Positions 1 to 10,175 are shown, numbered from the stretch's first letter. The stretch: 64,000 bases of DNA from Candidatus Tayloriibacteriota bacterium (GCA_003151615.1 PLXZ01000004.1:46118-110117), one strand, 5' to 3'. Notes: generated by a model from the letters alone, not told the origin. Made by a program: numbers and translations.

Positions 1-130
1 CGCGACGTCTGGGTGACATTCCACAAGAAATTCTGGAAAGTCTCGGTGGCGACGGCGGATGCGGAGCCTCTTTAATGATTGGCAATTATGTTTGAAAAGA
101 ATTAAATACCGTGATACATTTCAGTTAGGT

Positions 131-643
131 ATGAACACTACATTGTTGGAGATTAGTCCTGCGCTTCCAGACAGGATGGTCGAGAATCGGATATATTATC
201 AGTTGGAAAAGTTGGATTTGCAAAACATGCCGGACTTCCTCGCTGCATATTGCAAGTATTTCCGCTTCGGCTCGCCATTTTTTGGTTGGGCACATTTGGT
301 AAGTGCCGAACCGGAGTTATGGAATTCGACGATGGAATGGGGTATTGTGTTGAGCTGTCGCTGGAAATGGAGTGAAAAAGATACTATGCAAGCACTGCCT
401 ACCACGAGCTCTTTCGATAAGCGCACGATGGCTATCTGTGTATTTCACGAAATAATCCATCTTTTTCTGACTGTTATTGGATATCCGATACATGATGAAA
501 AGAAAATCGAAAAATGCTCAAAGAAACTTGCGAACACTCATCCTCAAATCCTGACCATGATAGAAGAATTCTATCCGGGATTTTCCGTTGAAAATCCGAT
601 TTTAAAGCGGCGATTCTACCATCGATCAATTGCCGTCCGCTGA
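131..643 (+). CDS. Hypothetical protein with HExxH zinc-binding motif (metallopeptidase-like)
   Basis: ORF 59..643; ATG at 131 is the more plausible start; motif VFHEIIHL; followed by a hairpin and T-run. Confidence 0.5.
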   Translation: MNTTLLEISPALPDRMVENRIYYQLEKLDLQNMPDFLAAYCKYFRFGSPFFGWAHLVSAEPELWNSTMEWGIVLSCRWKWSEKDTMQALPTTSSFDKRTMAICVFHEIIHLFLTVIGYPIHDEKKIEKCSKKLANTHPQILTMIEEFYPGFSVENPILKRRFYHRSIAVR

Positions 644-664
644 TTACTTATATGTTTATTGCAA

Positions 665-695
665 ACGCGCCAATTTTTAATTGGTGCGTCTTTTT
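665..695 (+). terminator. Intrinsic terminator
   Basis: ACGCGCCAATT...AATTGGTGCGT hairpin followed by a T-run. Confidence 0.6.
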
Positions 696-759
696 GTGTC
701 ATAAGAGTTTTATTTAAATATGATTGCACAACATGCATGATATGATATGCTGTCGTAAT

Positions 760-1593
760 ATGGGACGGACAAAAATAATTCTTGAGAAAGAAAAATTAAG
801 ATCATTATACGTAGATGAAAATCTTACGCCGATGGCTATTTCCAAATTGTTCAATTGTAATTCCATAACTATCAGAAACCGGTTGAAAGAGTTCGGAATT
901 CCCTTGAAAGACCCTGCATTTGCGCGTATTCGCTCAAAACGCCTCGATTTTGACGGTAATTTACCGAATAAGGCATATGCTATCGGTTTTCGAATCGGCG
1001 ACTTAAACGTATACCGGCCTAGTGAAAAATCCCAGACGATTGTTGTGCGTTGTCATACGACACAGGACGATCAAGTTGAAATAATGAAGTCCCTTTTCGA
1101 ATCTTTTGGCAAAGTGTCCGTTTCCTTAAACAAAGGTCATTATCATGTCAATTGTTTTTTGAACAATACGTTTGGTTTTTTGCTGCCAAAAAATAGCGGT
1201 GCATGGGAATGGCTAAAAAATGACGACTCATTAATGCCATCTTTTATTGCCGGATATGTTGACGCTGAGGCAAATTTTATTTTGAACCAAGGCCGCGCCC
1301 GCTTCAAAATAGATTCCTATGACGTTGATATTTTGTCCTTCATCTCCTCGTGGTTGTCCTCAAAAGGCATGAATAATCCTTTCCGCAGAATTTATAAGAA
1401 AGGCGATGTGTGGAAAGGCAAGTATCCTTTAAATGAGGATTTGTGGAGACTCAACATAAATGATATGGTGTCTCTTGAGGGCTTCATTCGACTTATGATG
1501 CCTTTATTACGGCATAAAAAGAGACTTAGTGATATGAAGGTTTGTCTGAAAAATATCAACGAAAGAAAAACCAAAAAATATGGAACCAAGTAG
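760..1593 (+). CDS. Free-standing LAGLIDADG homing endonuclease-like protein with N-terminal HTH
   Basis: Two LAGLIDADG-like motifs (YAIGFRIGDLN, FIAGYVDAEAN); N-terminal HTH (LTPMAISKLFNCNSITIRNRL); overlaps the lepA start by 14 nt. Confidence 0.75.
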   Translation: MGRTKIILEKEKLRSLYVDENLTPMAISKLFNCNSITIRNRLKEFGIPLKDPAFARIRSKRLDFDGNLPNKAYAIGFRIGDLNVYRPSEKSQTIVVRCHTTQDDQVEIMKSLFESFGKVSVSLNKGHYHVNCFLNNTFGFLLPKNSGAWEWLKNDDSLMPSFIAGYVDAEANFILNQGRARFKIDSYDVDILSFISSWLSSKGMNNPFRRIYKKGDVWKGKYPLNEDLWRLNINDMVSLEGFIRLMMPLLRHKKRLSDMKVCLKNINERKTKKYGTK

Positions 1594-3397
1594 GATCAGA
1601 AATTTTTCAATAATGGCACATGTGGACCACGGTAAATCGACCTTGGCTGATAGGATGCTGGAAATTACGGGAACAATAGAGAAGAGGAAAATGCAGGAAC
1701 AGGTTCTTGATAGCATGGAACTGGAACGTGAAAGAGGCATAACGATCAAAATGCAACCCGTTCGGATGAATTATAAAAATTATGTCCTCAATCTCATCGA
1801 CACGCCGGGGCATATCGATTTTTCATATGAAGTTTCGCGTGCGTTGAAAGCCGTGGAGGGTTCGATTTTACTCGTCGACTCGACACAAGGCGTTCAAGCG
1901 CAGACACTGACGACATTGAACATGGCGCGTGAATCGGGCTTGAAAATTATTCCTGTCGTTTCGAAAATCGATTCGCCGTTGGCGCGCATTCCCGAAGTCA
2001 TGAAGGAAGTATGCGAGTTGCTCGAATGCGACGAAAGTGAAGTTCTGAAAGTCTCCGGAAAAACGGGGGAGGGTGTTGCGGATTTGCTCGATCAGGTCAT
2101 TGCGAGGGTGCCGGCTCCGTCTGCGCCGCATGTCGCAGGTCAAAAAGACCACGGCGCCGTGACGACTGGTGATTTTCAATCCCTCGTCTTCGATTTTCAA
2201 TATTCAAACCACAAAGGCGTCATCGTCTATGTCCGCGTCATGAACGGATCGGTTTCGAAAACAGCCCCGCTGAAATTCAAAGTCTCGAACGAAATTTTCA
2301 ACGCGCAGGAAGTCGGCATTTTTGCCCCGGATGATACACCGACGGAATCGCTTTCGGCAGGTGAAATCGGATATATTGTGACAGGTATCAAACAGCCGGG
2401 CATCGCATCGGTCGGAGACACGGTTGCTTCAGTTCGCGACACGATGCCGCCGTTGCCGGGATATATGAGTCCGCGTCCCGTCGTATGGGCTTCAATCTAT
2501 CCGGAATCGCAGGATGATTTCACAGCATTGAAAGCGGCTCTTGGAAAACTGCGTTTGTCGGATTCTTCGTTTACGCACGAGGAAGAATCGTCTGGTTCGC
2601 TTGGCCGCGGCTTCCGTTGTGGATTTCTCGGAATGCTCCATCTCGAAATTATTACCGAACGCCTGCGCCGTGAATTTAACTTAAATCTCGTTGTTACGAC
2701 GCCATCGATCACCTATGTGGCAGAATTAAAAAACGGAAAAACAAAAACAATATATTCTCCGGCCATGTTCCCGGAAGATCATGAAATTTCGCGCGTTCTG
2801 GAGCCTCTCGTTAAAATGAAAATCATCACTCCTCCGTCATATTTGGGCGCGCTCATGCAGGCCGTTTTCGATCATGAAGGCGAAGTGCAGACCACCGAAA
2901 ATTTCGGCGAAAACCGCACGTCACTCACCCTCATCATGCCTCTGCGCGAGTTGATGCGAAATTTTTTTGATGAAGTGAAAAGCATTTCGTCCGGTTTCGC
3001 ATCCATTTCGTATGAAGTGGCCGAGAGCAGGGAAGCCGACGTCGTTCGTATGGACATTCTGGTCGCGGATGATGTCGTGCCGGCATTTTCCCGCGTCGTT
3101 TCCCGCCGCCGCGCCGAAGAAGAGGGCAAATCAGCCGTTGAAAAACTTCACAAAGTCCTCCCGCGCCAGATGTTCACCATGAAAATCCAGGCAAAGGCCA
3201 TGGGGCGTATCATCTCCTCCGAAACTTTGTCGGGCATGAAAAAAGACGTCACTCAGCACATGTACGGCGGCGATATTACGCGAAAAATGAAGCTCCGCGA
3301 AAAGCAGAAAAAAGGCAAGAAAAAAATGGAGGCAATCGGCCGCGGCAAAGTCAACATTCCGCAGGAGGTTTTTTTGAAGATGATGAGGGCGGATTAA
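1580..3397 (+). CDS. lepA: Elongation factor 4 (LepA)
   Basis: AHVDHGKST, ERERGITIK, DTPGH, GFRCGFLGMLHLEI and C-terminal YGGDITRKMKL. Confidence 0.98.
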   Translation: MEPSRIRNFSIMAHVDHGKSTLADRMLEITGTIEKRKMQEQVLDSMELERERGITIKMQPVRMNYKNYVLNLIDTPGHIDFSYEVSRALKAVEGSILLVDSTQGVQAQTLTTLNMARESGLKIIPVVSKIDSPLARIPEVMKEVCELLECDESEVLKVSGKTGEGVADLLDQVIARVPAPSAPHVAGQKDHGAVTTGDFQSLVFDFQYSNHKGVIVYVRVMNGSVSKTAPLKFKVSNEIFNAQEVGIFAPDDTPTESLSAGEIGYIVTGIKQPGIASVGDTVASVRDTMPPLPGYMSPRPVVWASIYPESQDDFTALKAALGKLRLSDSSFTHEEESSGSLGRGFRCGFLGMLHLEIITERLRREFNLNLVVTTPSITYVAELKNGKTKTIYSPAMFPEDHEISRVLEPLVKMKIITPPSYLGALMQAVFDHEGEVQTTENFGENRTSLTLIMPLRELMRNFFDEVKSISSGFASISYEVAESREADVVRMDILVADDVVPAFSRVVSRRRAEEEGKSAVEKLHKVLPRQMFTMKIQAKAMGRIISSETLSGMKKDVTQHMYGGDITRKMKLREKQKKGKKKMEAIGRGKVNIPQEVFLKMMRAD

Positions 3398-3404
3398 TGC
3401 ATCA

Positions 3405-3527
3405 TGACAATACGAGCACATGTCTTTTCAAGAAACCGGCATACTTTTCTGGTGAAAAGTTGCCTCACTCTCAGTCGCCTACGCTCCTTCCGAGAGTTTC
3501 TTTCCAAGACATGTGCTCGTATTATCA
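3405..3527 (+). repeat. Structured intergenic element, copy 1 (long outer stem plus two inner hairpins)
   Basis: 3405-3426 pairs with 3506-3527; the core matches the reverse complement of 24780-24903. Confidence 0.75.
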
Positions 3528-3547
3528 GGGTACGTTAGACCCTCTTT

Positions 3548-3883
3548 CTATAGACTGTAAATTAAATCCCTCAATCGAATGATATAGATTGAGGCATTAC
3601 CCCAAGCAAAGGGAAGCCAGAGAGGCACTCCAATGATGATAGGCTCTGCATACGTCCATGCTCCAAAATGAATTGCAATTGATTCTGCAATGGGGCCGCT
3701 TATCATTACTATTATATAAAGCAAGCACTCTTTCCAACTTCGGTTAATTAAAAGCATAACAATTGCGGTTATTATGAGAAGCGCAACAGCAGTTTCAGAT
3801 TGATTTTTAAATACCAAAGGAATTACAAGACTCAACAGAGCTAATGGACAAGTGAGCAAGAAATTCTTTAACTCCTTAGACAT
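3548..3883 (-). CDS. Small multi-pass membrane protein (DUF2878-like)
   Basis: About 4 hydrophobic segments; G..AE..AI..GAWTY...GVPLWLP..WG pattern. Confidence 0.6.
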   Translation of the reverse strand: MSKELKNFLLTCPLALLSLVIPLVFKNQSETAVALLIITAIVMLLINRSWKECLLYIIVMISGPIAESIAIHFGAWTYAEPIIIGVPLWLPFAWGNASIYIIRLRDLIYSL

Positions 3884-4031
3884 TACGCGTTATAGCTGAT
3901 CGCAGGGAAGTAGAGCATGATCATCGAAATGACGATGAGGATGCCGATGGCGAGCATGATTCCGTTCAAAAGTTTTCGGTGTTTTGGGTTGAAAAGCATA
4001 TATTTTTTGTGGCTGTAGTATACTATATCGT

Positions 4032-4412
4032 ATGCTTGAATTCCAGCAGAAACGTCGCATACGAAAAATCATCTACTCGCCGGTGGTTTTGATTTTACTG
4101 GCCCTTATCGCGGCACTTTTTATCAGGGCGGCATGGAACATTCATATAAAGGAAGCAGAAAGCCGCGCATATTTGGCCCAGGCCCAGGCTCAGCTCGATA
4201 ATTTGTCGGCCCAACAGCAGACGCTTCAGCAATCAGTTGACGTTCTCAGCACTCCGCAGGGCAAGGACGCCGAAATTCGCAGCGAATATCTGGTGGTGAA
4301 GCCGGGCGAACAGGTTGCGGTCATTGTTGACTCCGCCGCCGCAACCGACACCGCCACTTCGACTCCCGACAACGGTTTTTGGGCGAGTATAGCGCACTTT
4401 TTCCATTTGTAA
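4032..4412 (+). CDS. ftsB: Septum formation initiator (FtsB/DivIC family)
   Basis: N-terminal TM, coiled coil, E.EIR..Y.VVKPGE motif. Confidence 0.75.
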   Translation: MLEFQQKRRIRKIIYSPVVLILLALIAALFIRAAWNIHIKEAESRAYLAQAQAQLDNLSAQQQTLQQSVDVLSTPQGKDAEIRSEYLVVKPGEQVAVIVDSAAATDTATSTPDNGFWASIAHFFHL

Positions 4413-5465
4413 TTAGGTTTTGATATTCAGTATTTTATTTGTTTTTGCCGATCGGTAGAGCCCTTCAAGAAGTTTCATGACGACTACGTTATCAGTACCG
4501 TCTGCCATGGGTCTTCGTTTAGTCGCGATAGCCCGCTCGAATTCCGTTAATTCTTCGCGCCATGAGATATCCTCGCCGGGAAATTCGTATATTGTCTCAT
4601 TGTATGGCTTGCCCAACTCCTCCTCAATTCCGACCGTGAGTTTTTCGGTGCCGTAGCTTCGTCCAAGACCGTCGATAAAAAGATAGCCTTTTGTTCCGAA
4701 TATCTCAAATGAAAATTTGTTTTTCCACTGGGTGACGCTTGCATGAAAGCTTGCAACTTGGCCTTTTTTATTCAACATCTGACAGAACGCATTGTCCTCA
4801 AGGTCGCTTTTTTTCCAAAACAAATTGCGTGTCGTCGCAAAAACTCTGTCAAATTCTCCGATGAACCAATTGGCGAGATCGATGACGTGCACTCCCTGAT
4901 CGTACAATTCTCCGCCGCGTGAGAATTTTTTTTGCATGCGCCATTCACTGCCGTAGCCTTTTCGGCCGCCATGGCCGTAGACGGCTCGGATGTACATAAT
5001 ATTTCCAATGGCCCCTTCCTTAAAAAGTTCGTGCGCTTTCATGATTGCGGGATGATGGCGATGGTTGAATCCCGCTTTCAGAACCTTGCCGCTTCGTTGT
5101 GCCGCTCGAGATATCTGTGCAGCATCCGCCGCCGTATTTCCAAGAGGTTTTTCGGCCAGGACGTGTTTTCCGGCTTTGAAGGCGTCTCTGACGATTTTAC
5201 TTGTAATATGCGGCGGTGTCGCGATGACCACTGCCTCGATCGTCGGATCGGCCAGCAATGCCTGATACGATGGATATTGAATGACGGGAATTTTTGGGAT
5301 GTTGGCGATTGCCGTTGATTTTGCTTTATCGACATCAAAAATACCGTGTGAGATGATCGACTTCATCTGTTGTATTGCATTGAAACGCTTCGTTCCGATC
5401 ATTCCAAGCCCTATGATTCCGACGCGTAATGGATGAGTATTGGGCTTGATGTTATTTTTTTTCAT
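4413..5465 (-). CDS. Gfo/Idh/MocA family oxidoreductase
   Basis: GIIGLGMIG, HVLAEKP, GFNHRHHP, DQGVHVID. Confidence 0.92.
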   Translation of the reverse strand: MKKNNIKPNTHPLRVGIIGLGMIGTKRFNAIQQMKSIISHGIFDVDKAKSTAIANIPKIPVIQYPSYQALLADPTIEAVVIATPPHITSKIVRDAFKAGKHVLAEKPLGNTAADAAQISRAAQRSGKVLKAGFNHRHHPAIMKAHELFKEGAIGNIMYIRAVYGHGGRKGYGSEWRMQKKFSRGGELYDQGVHVIDLANWFIGEFDRVFATTRNLFWKKSDLEDNAFCQMLNKKGQVASFHASVTQWKNKFSFEIFGTKGYLFIDGLGRSYGTEKLTVGIEEELGKPYNETIYEFPGEDISWREELTEFERAIATKRRPMADGTDNVVVMKLLEGLYRSAKTNKILNIKT

Positions 5466-6303
5466 AAAAAAACTGATTGTCTATTCTGCGCAACGTGTAT
5501 TCGGAGTTGCCGTTGATTCGGACGACTTCTTTCGCGGTGAGTTTCTTCCATGGATCCCATTTTGCGCTGACGAGCTTTCCCGTCAGTCCGTGAGATTTAT
5601 TCGAGCTGAGGGAAAATACGAGGTCGGCGGCAAGATCCGGCGAATCGCCGCCGCTCTTGTTTTGACCGAGCATTTTTTTATAGTAATCGTTTCCGGCCTT
5701 TTTTGGACCCGCAGCAAGAGTATTTTCCATGAATGCTGTTTTAATGACGCCCGGCGCTACGGCATTGATGCGGATGCCGTATTCGCTATATTCTCGCGCA
5801 AGATTTTCAGTCAGACGAACCACTGCGGCTTTGGAAGCCGCATACGAACTGAAGTTTGGCAGTGGCTGGACGGCGCCGCCGCCGGAAAAATTGATGATGC
5901 TTCCTGATTTTTTCTTTACCATATATGGCAGTACCGCATGACACAGACAAGCGGTGCCGACAAGGTTTATGATCAGGGTTTCTTTCCAATCGGAAAATAA
6001 ATTGCCGTGAAACGGACCTACCGGACCAAGAATTCCCGCAGCGTTGACGAGCACGTCGATCGATTTGAATTTTTTATGAATCGCCGCGGCGATTTCTTTT
6101 GTCTTTTTTTCGTCGGTAACGTCAAGACGGTACGCAAAGCATTCTCCTATGTCGGCAATCTCTCGCCGTACTAAGGCAAGCGTCTTTTTGTTTCGGGAGA
6201 GAAGGACGACAGTATCTCCTTCGGCTGCAAATTTTTTCGCTGTCGCTGTGCTGAGGCCGCCGCAGCCCGTAATCAGTATTATTCGTTTCTTGGTTTTGGA
6301 CAT
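5452..6303 (-). CDS. Short-chain dehydrogenase/reductase
   Basis: TGCGG, VNAAG, YAASK and NAVAPG motifs. Confidence 0.92.
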   Translation of the reverse strand: MSKTKKRIILITGCGGLSTATAKKFAAEGDTVVLLSRNKKTLALVRREIADIGECFAYRLDVTDEKKTKEIAAAIHKKFKSIDVLVNAAGILGPVGPFHGNLFSDWKETLIINLVGTACLCHAVLPYMVKKKSGSIINFSGGGAVQPLPNFSSYAASKAAVVRLTENLAREYSEYGIRINAVAPGVIKTAFMENTLAAGPKKAGNDYYKKMLGQNKSGGDSPDLAADLVFSLSSNKSHGLTGKLVSAKWDPWKKLTAKEVVRINGNSEYTLRRIDNQFFYEKK

Positions 6304-6359
6304 AAGATTAGTATATCCTCGCTCGTCCGTATTCTCAAGGTTGCATGAAACAAGATTAG

Positions 6360-7430
6360 ATGTATAATTTTGGCGTGGCTACAGATTCTCTCAAAAAAAC
6401 ACCAAGATCGGGCAGGGAGCGTGCTGTCATTATTACTCAAACGCCCATGCGGATCACTCTGGCAGGAGGGGGTACTGATGTTGATTGGTACAGCATGGTT
6501 AAAGGGGGGGCGTGGATTAGCGCATCTATAAACCGCTATCTTTTGGTCACGCTCACAATGACGGAAGATCAAGATTTCATCGGCTATTCCTATGGACAGG
6601 AAGCCATCCAGGGAAATTCGTATAAAGACATACCAAATCCTTACGTAAAGGCATGTCTCGCCCATACCGGGGTTACCAAGGGTGTCAACGTATCTATTAC
6701 GTCGGAAGTTTCCGGAAGATCGGGTCTGGGGGGGTCTGGCGCCCTTGAAGTAGGCTTGCTCAATGCCTTATATACGTATAAAGGTGAATCGATTTCAAAA
6801 ATGCTTCTCGGAAAAAAAGCTTTTATTATTGAACGGGTAAAACTAGGCAGGGATTATATAGGACCCCAGGATCAATATAGCGTATCAATTGGTGGGATAA
6901 ATTATTATGAACGGGACACGAAAGGAAATATGACCGTCGAGCCTTTACAGCTTTCCCTACATACTATTTCAGAATTGGAATCGAACCTTCTTTACTTCAG
7001 GACCGGAATTTACAGGGATGCAGGGACCGCCCTCGCTGATCAAAAGAATCACGCTACATCGCCTGCGTCACGTCGCACTTCAAAGCAGTTCAAGGCACTC
7101 GATGACATTAAAAAACTTGGCCAAAAGGCAAAACAGTATTTGCTTGACGGAGACGTCGACGCATTCGGCAGGACTTTTCATGAGCATTGGACCATAAAAA
7201 AAATGCTATCCGATAAAATTTCCAATCCTCAGATCGACAGATGGTACGCGGAGGCCATGAAGATGGGCGCATTAGGCGGTAAAATAATGGGAGCCGGCGG
7301 CGGCGGCTGGTTTGTTTTCTACGTCAATAAAAATAAAGCCGCTTTCAGAAAAAAAATGACAGAATTGGGATTGGAGGAGAGAAAAATAAGGTTCGATTTT
7401 GAGGGAACCAAGACGCTTATTAATTTTTAA
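6360..7430 (+). CDS. hddA: GHMP kinase, heptose-7-phosphate kinase-like (HddA)
   Basis: PMRITLAGGGTD, SGLGGSG, QDQY, GGKIMGAGGGG. Confidence 0.8.
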   Translation: MYNFGVATDSLKKTPRSGRERAVIITQTPMRITLAGGGTDVDWYSMVKGGAWISASINRYLLVTLTMTEDQDFIGYSYGQEAIQGNSYKDIPNPYVKACLAHTGVTKGVNVSITSEVSGRSGLGGSGALEVGLLNALYTYKGESISKMLLGKKAFIIERVKLGRDYIGPQDQYSVSIGGINYYERDTKGNMTVEPLQLSLHTISELESNLLYFRTGIYRDAGTALADQKNHATSPASRRTSKQFKALDDIKKLGQKAKQYLLDGDVDAFGRTFHEHWTIKKMLSDKISNPQIDRWYAEAMKMGALGGKIMGAGGGGWFVFYVNKNKAAFRKKMTELGLEERKIRFDFEGTKTLINF

Positions 7431-7441
7431 TCTATAATGCG

Positions 7442-8023
7442 ATGAAACCATCTTTAAACTACAGTGCGGCATATCTTGATGCAGTTCAAAAACTTACCGC
7501 TACCATTGATCCGGACGAAATCGAAAAAATAGTGGGTCTTCTCGTTGATGTAAAGAAAAGGCAAGGACGGCTTTTTCTGCTTGGCGTGGGAGGCTCGGCC
7601 GCCAACTGTTCCCATGCGGTGAATGATTTCAGAAAGATTTGCGGCATTGAGACGTATGCGCCTACCGATAACGTATCTGAGCTTACCGCGCGGGCAAATG
7701 ATGACGGATGGGATACCATCTTCAGCAACTGGCTCAAAGTGAGTAAGCTTTCTTCAGACGACATCGTCATGGTTTTTTCCGTCGGCGGCGGGAATGTAGA
7801 AAAAAACATAAGTACTAACATAGTAAAAGCCCTACAGCTAGCCCAAGAAGTGGGGACCACGATTACAGGTATCGTCAGCAGAGACGGAGGATATACGAGA
7901 AAAGTCGCTCACGCTTCAATCCTGCTTTCGGTTTCGGAGTCGCACCTCGTTACTCCTTTGGCAGAAAGCTTCCAGGCTGTGATATGGCATGCAATTGCAA
8001 CTCATCCTTCTCTAGCCAAATAA
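7442..8023 (+). CDS. gmhA: Sedoheptulose-7-phosphate isomerase (SIS domain)
   Basis: GVGGSAANCSH, TARAND, AESFQAVIWH. Confidence 0.85.
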   Translation: MKPSLNYSAAYLDAVQKLTATIDPDEIEKIVGLLVDVKKRQGRLFLLGVGGSAANCSHAVNDFRKICGIETYAPTDNVSELTARANDDGWDTIFSNWLKVSKLSSDDIVMVFSVGGGNVEKNISTNIVKALQLAQEVGTTITGIVSRDGGYTRKVAHASILLSVSESHLVTPLAESFQAVIWHAIATHPSLAK

Positions 8024-8737
8024 ATTATTGCGGACGTCACGTTCGGCTTGTTCAAGGGTTTTTTGGGTCCCAATGTCGATAAAATAAGCTGAAGTTGGGA
8101 ATACGGAAATCTTCTTGTGCAAGGATAGGAGCTTTGGGAATAAATCCGTTGAAAAATCGATTTTTTTATTTTTTGGAATGTATTCGAAAATCTCGGGAGA
8201 ACAAATATAAAAAGATCCGTTTGACCAGGCAAAATTGTCTATCAAGTTTTTTGTGTTTGTGAATTCCTTAAATCCCGTTAATTCATTGTTTGTATTAAAG
8301 GCAAGGGAACTTTTGAAATTGACTCCGCGATGTTTGTATACGTTGAGAGTTACGATACTTTTTGAACTTTCATGGAGCGCTATCATTTTTTTGATGTCTA
8401 ATATACGGAGCGTATCCGCATAGGTAACAATAAATGACTCCGAAATATATTGCCGTGCGGAAAGAATAGCTCCTGCGGTACCAAGGGGTGTTTTAGGATC
8501 CTCTAATGTGTACGTTATGTTTACGCCAAAATCCGATCCATCCTTAAAGTATTCCGTTATTATATCCGGAAGATAACACAGTGCGATGATAATATCTGTG
8601 ATGCCGGCTTCTTTCAACAGATGTATGGTGTAGGCCAAAAGAGGCTTTCCGCCAACTTGTATCATCGGTTTTGGAACGCGATCGGTGAGAGGTCGCAACC
8701 GTTCACCTTTCCCTCCCGCTATAATGATGGCTTTCAT
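8012..8737 (-). CDS. Sugar-1-phosphate nucleotidyltransferase (HddC-like)
   Basis: AGGKGERLRPLT..PKPM, PLGTAGA, DIGT. Confidence 0.85.
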   Translation of the reverse strand: MKAIIIAGGKGERLRPLTDRVPKPMIQVGGKPLLAYTIHLLKEAGITDIIIALCYLPDIITEYFKDGSDFGVNITYTLEDPKTPLGTAGAILSARQYISESFIVTYADTLRILDIKKMIALHESSKSIVTLNVYKHRGVNFKSSLAFNTNNELTGFKEFTNTKNLIDNFAWSNGSFYICSPEIFEYIPKNKKIDFSTDLFPKLLSLHKKISVFPTSAYFIDIGTQKTLEQAERDVRNNLFG

Positions 8738-8738
8738 A

Positions 8739-9338
8739 TTATGTGAATAATTTTTTTAAGATTTTTAGAGTTTCTTTATGGTTTTTTACCGCGTGAATGG
8801 CAGGATATGCTTTGTTGGCTTCTACTTTTTTCGGCAAATCGTTGTCGTGAAGAAAAAGTATTGTTGTACATCCTACAAGCTTTCCGGCCTCCATGTCGGT
8901 TATATTATCGCCAATTAAGACGCTTGATTCAAGGTCTATATCCTGTTCCTGTGCGGCACGCAACAACAAGCCTGGTTTTGGTTTCCGACAATCACAAATG
9001 ATTCCAAATTCCGGGTGCGACGATTTCGGATGATGAAAGCATCTGTATGTTTTGTCCACGGTAGCTCCTTTTACTCTTAAGAGATTATGGATTGAGCTCT
9101 CGATGTCCTCAAGAGTTCTCATGTCCATTTTCCCGAGCGCGACTCCAGGCTGGTTTGACACTTCAATTACGCTGATATTACGACTGTTTGCCCAGCCGAT
9201 GATTTCTTCAATGTTTTCGACGAGTCTGATTTGGCCTTTATTTTGAGGCGAGTCGAAAAAGCCGTCTTTCTGCATGACCATGGCGTTGATGATTCCGTCT
9301 CTGTCCATGAATAGGGCTCTTTTTTTCATATTTTGCAA
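8739..9338 (-). CDS. gmhB: Heptose-1,7-bisphosphate phosphatase (HAD IIIA)
   Basis: FMDRDGII, SNQPG, C.H...CDCRKPKPG, IGD..TD. Confidence 0.9.
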   Translation of the reverse strand: MQNMKKRALFMDRDGIINAMVMQKDGFFDSPQNKGQIRLVENIEEIIGWANSRNISVIEVSNQPGVALGKMDMRTLEDIESSIHNLLRVKGATVDKTYRCFHHPKSSHPEFGIICDCRKPKPGLLLRAAQEQDIDLESSVLIGDNITDMEAGKLVGCTTILFLHDNDLPKKVEANKAYPAIHAVKNHKETLKILKKLFT

Positions 9339-9386
9339 TAAAATCGTCAGTTGCTATCTAAATAATTGTGTTATACACTTTCCTGC

Positions 9387-10175
9387 ATGCAATCATCACC
9401 AAACTTCAATCGTAGCATATTCCTCGATTCATCAAGCATACCAGAGATAGAAAAATGGAACAGTACGGGTCTCATTGACGGCGTCACTACCAATCAGAGT
9501 ATCATGCTCAAGGATGGCGTAAAACTGGATCAGCTCAACGACACAATCAAAAAGATTTGCGGCATCATGAAAGGTAAGCCGGTTTCAATTGAACTGAGCA
9601 ACAGCACGGCTTCAGTTGAAGAAATGATTGCGGAGGCGAAAAAGTACAGAGCCCTTGCGGACAATGTTGTTGTGAAGGTACCTCTTATACCGGGTGATGA
9701 AAAAAGTCTTGTGGTTATCAAAAAATTGGGGGATTTGAAAATCCCGGTCAACATTACGGCGATGATGACATATGAACAGCTTGTCATTGCCGCTCTCGTT
9801 TCCCGAAATCATCCCGCTCCTTCATTCATCAGTCTTTTTTGGGCTCGAACAATCGAGGACCATGAGAGATACAGGACTAATGCTGGATTTATGAAAGAAC
9901 ATCCAATCATGGGACCGGAGGCGGATGTCAATGCGCACCCTTCAAAAATTACGGCAGCTATCACTGAATTTTTAGCAAAAGGCGGATACGATAGCCCAAA
10001 GCTCATAGTTGGCAGTATTCGAAATGTGGGACAGATAGGAGAGGCGTTTGCGGCGGGAGCACACATAGTTACGATTCAACCGTCAACGCTCCAGGCAATG
10101 CTCTATAGCCAGCGGACAGTCGAAACAAACGCAGATTTTGATAAGGCATGGGATGCGATTAAACAGCAATCGTAA
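9387..10175 (+). CDS. Transaldolase family protein (TalC/FSA-like)
   Basis: FLDS, DGVTTN, VVKVP Schiff-base Lys, GSIRN, AGAHIVT. Confidence 0.85.
   Translation: MQSSPNFNRSIFLDSSSIPEIEKWNSTGLIDGVTTNQSIMLKDGVKLDQLNDTIKKICGIMKGKPVSIELSNSTASVEEMIAEAKKYRALADNVVVKVPLIPGDEKSLVVIKKLGDLKIPVNITAMMTYEQLVIAALVSRNHPAPSFISLFWARTIEDHERYRTNAGFMKEHPIMGPEADVNAHPSKITAAITEFLAKGGYDSPKLIVGSIRNVGQIGEAFAAGAHIVTIQPSTLQAMLYSQRTVETNADFDKAWDAIKQQS

Noticed and set aside
724-1593. Group I intron or intein within lepA
   Set aside because: lepA is complete downstream, no upstream exon or intein splicing residues are evident, and the ORF is in a different frame.
3397-3582. 61-aa ORF after lepA
   Set aside because: Coincides with the structured repeat element and shows no coding hallmarks.
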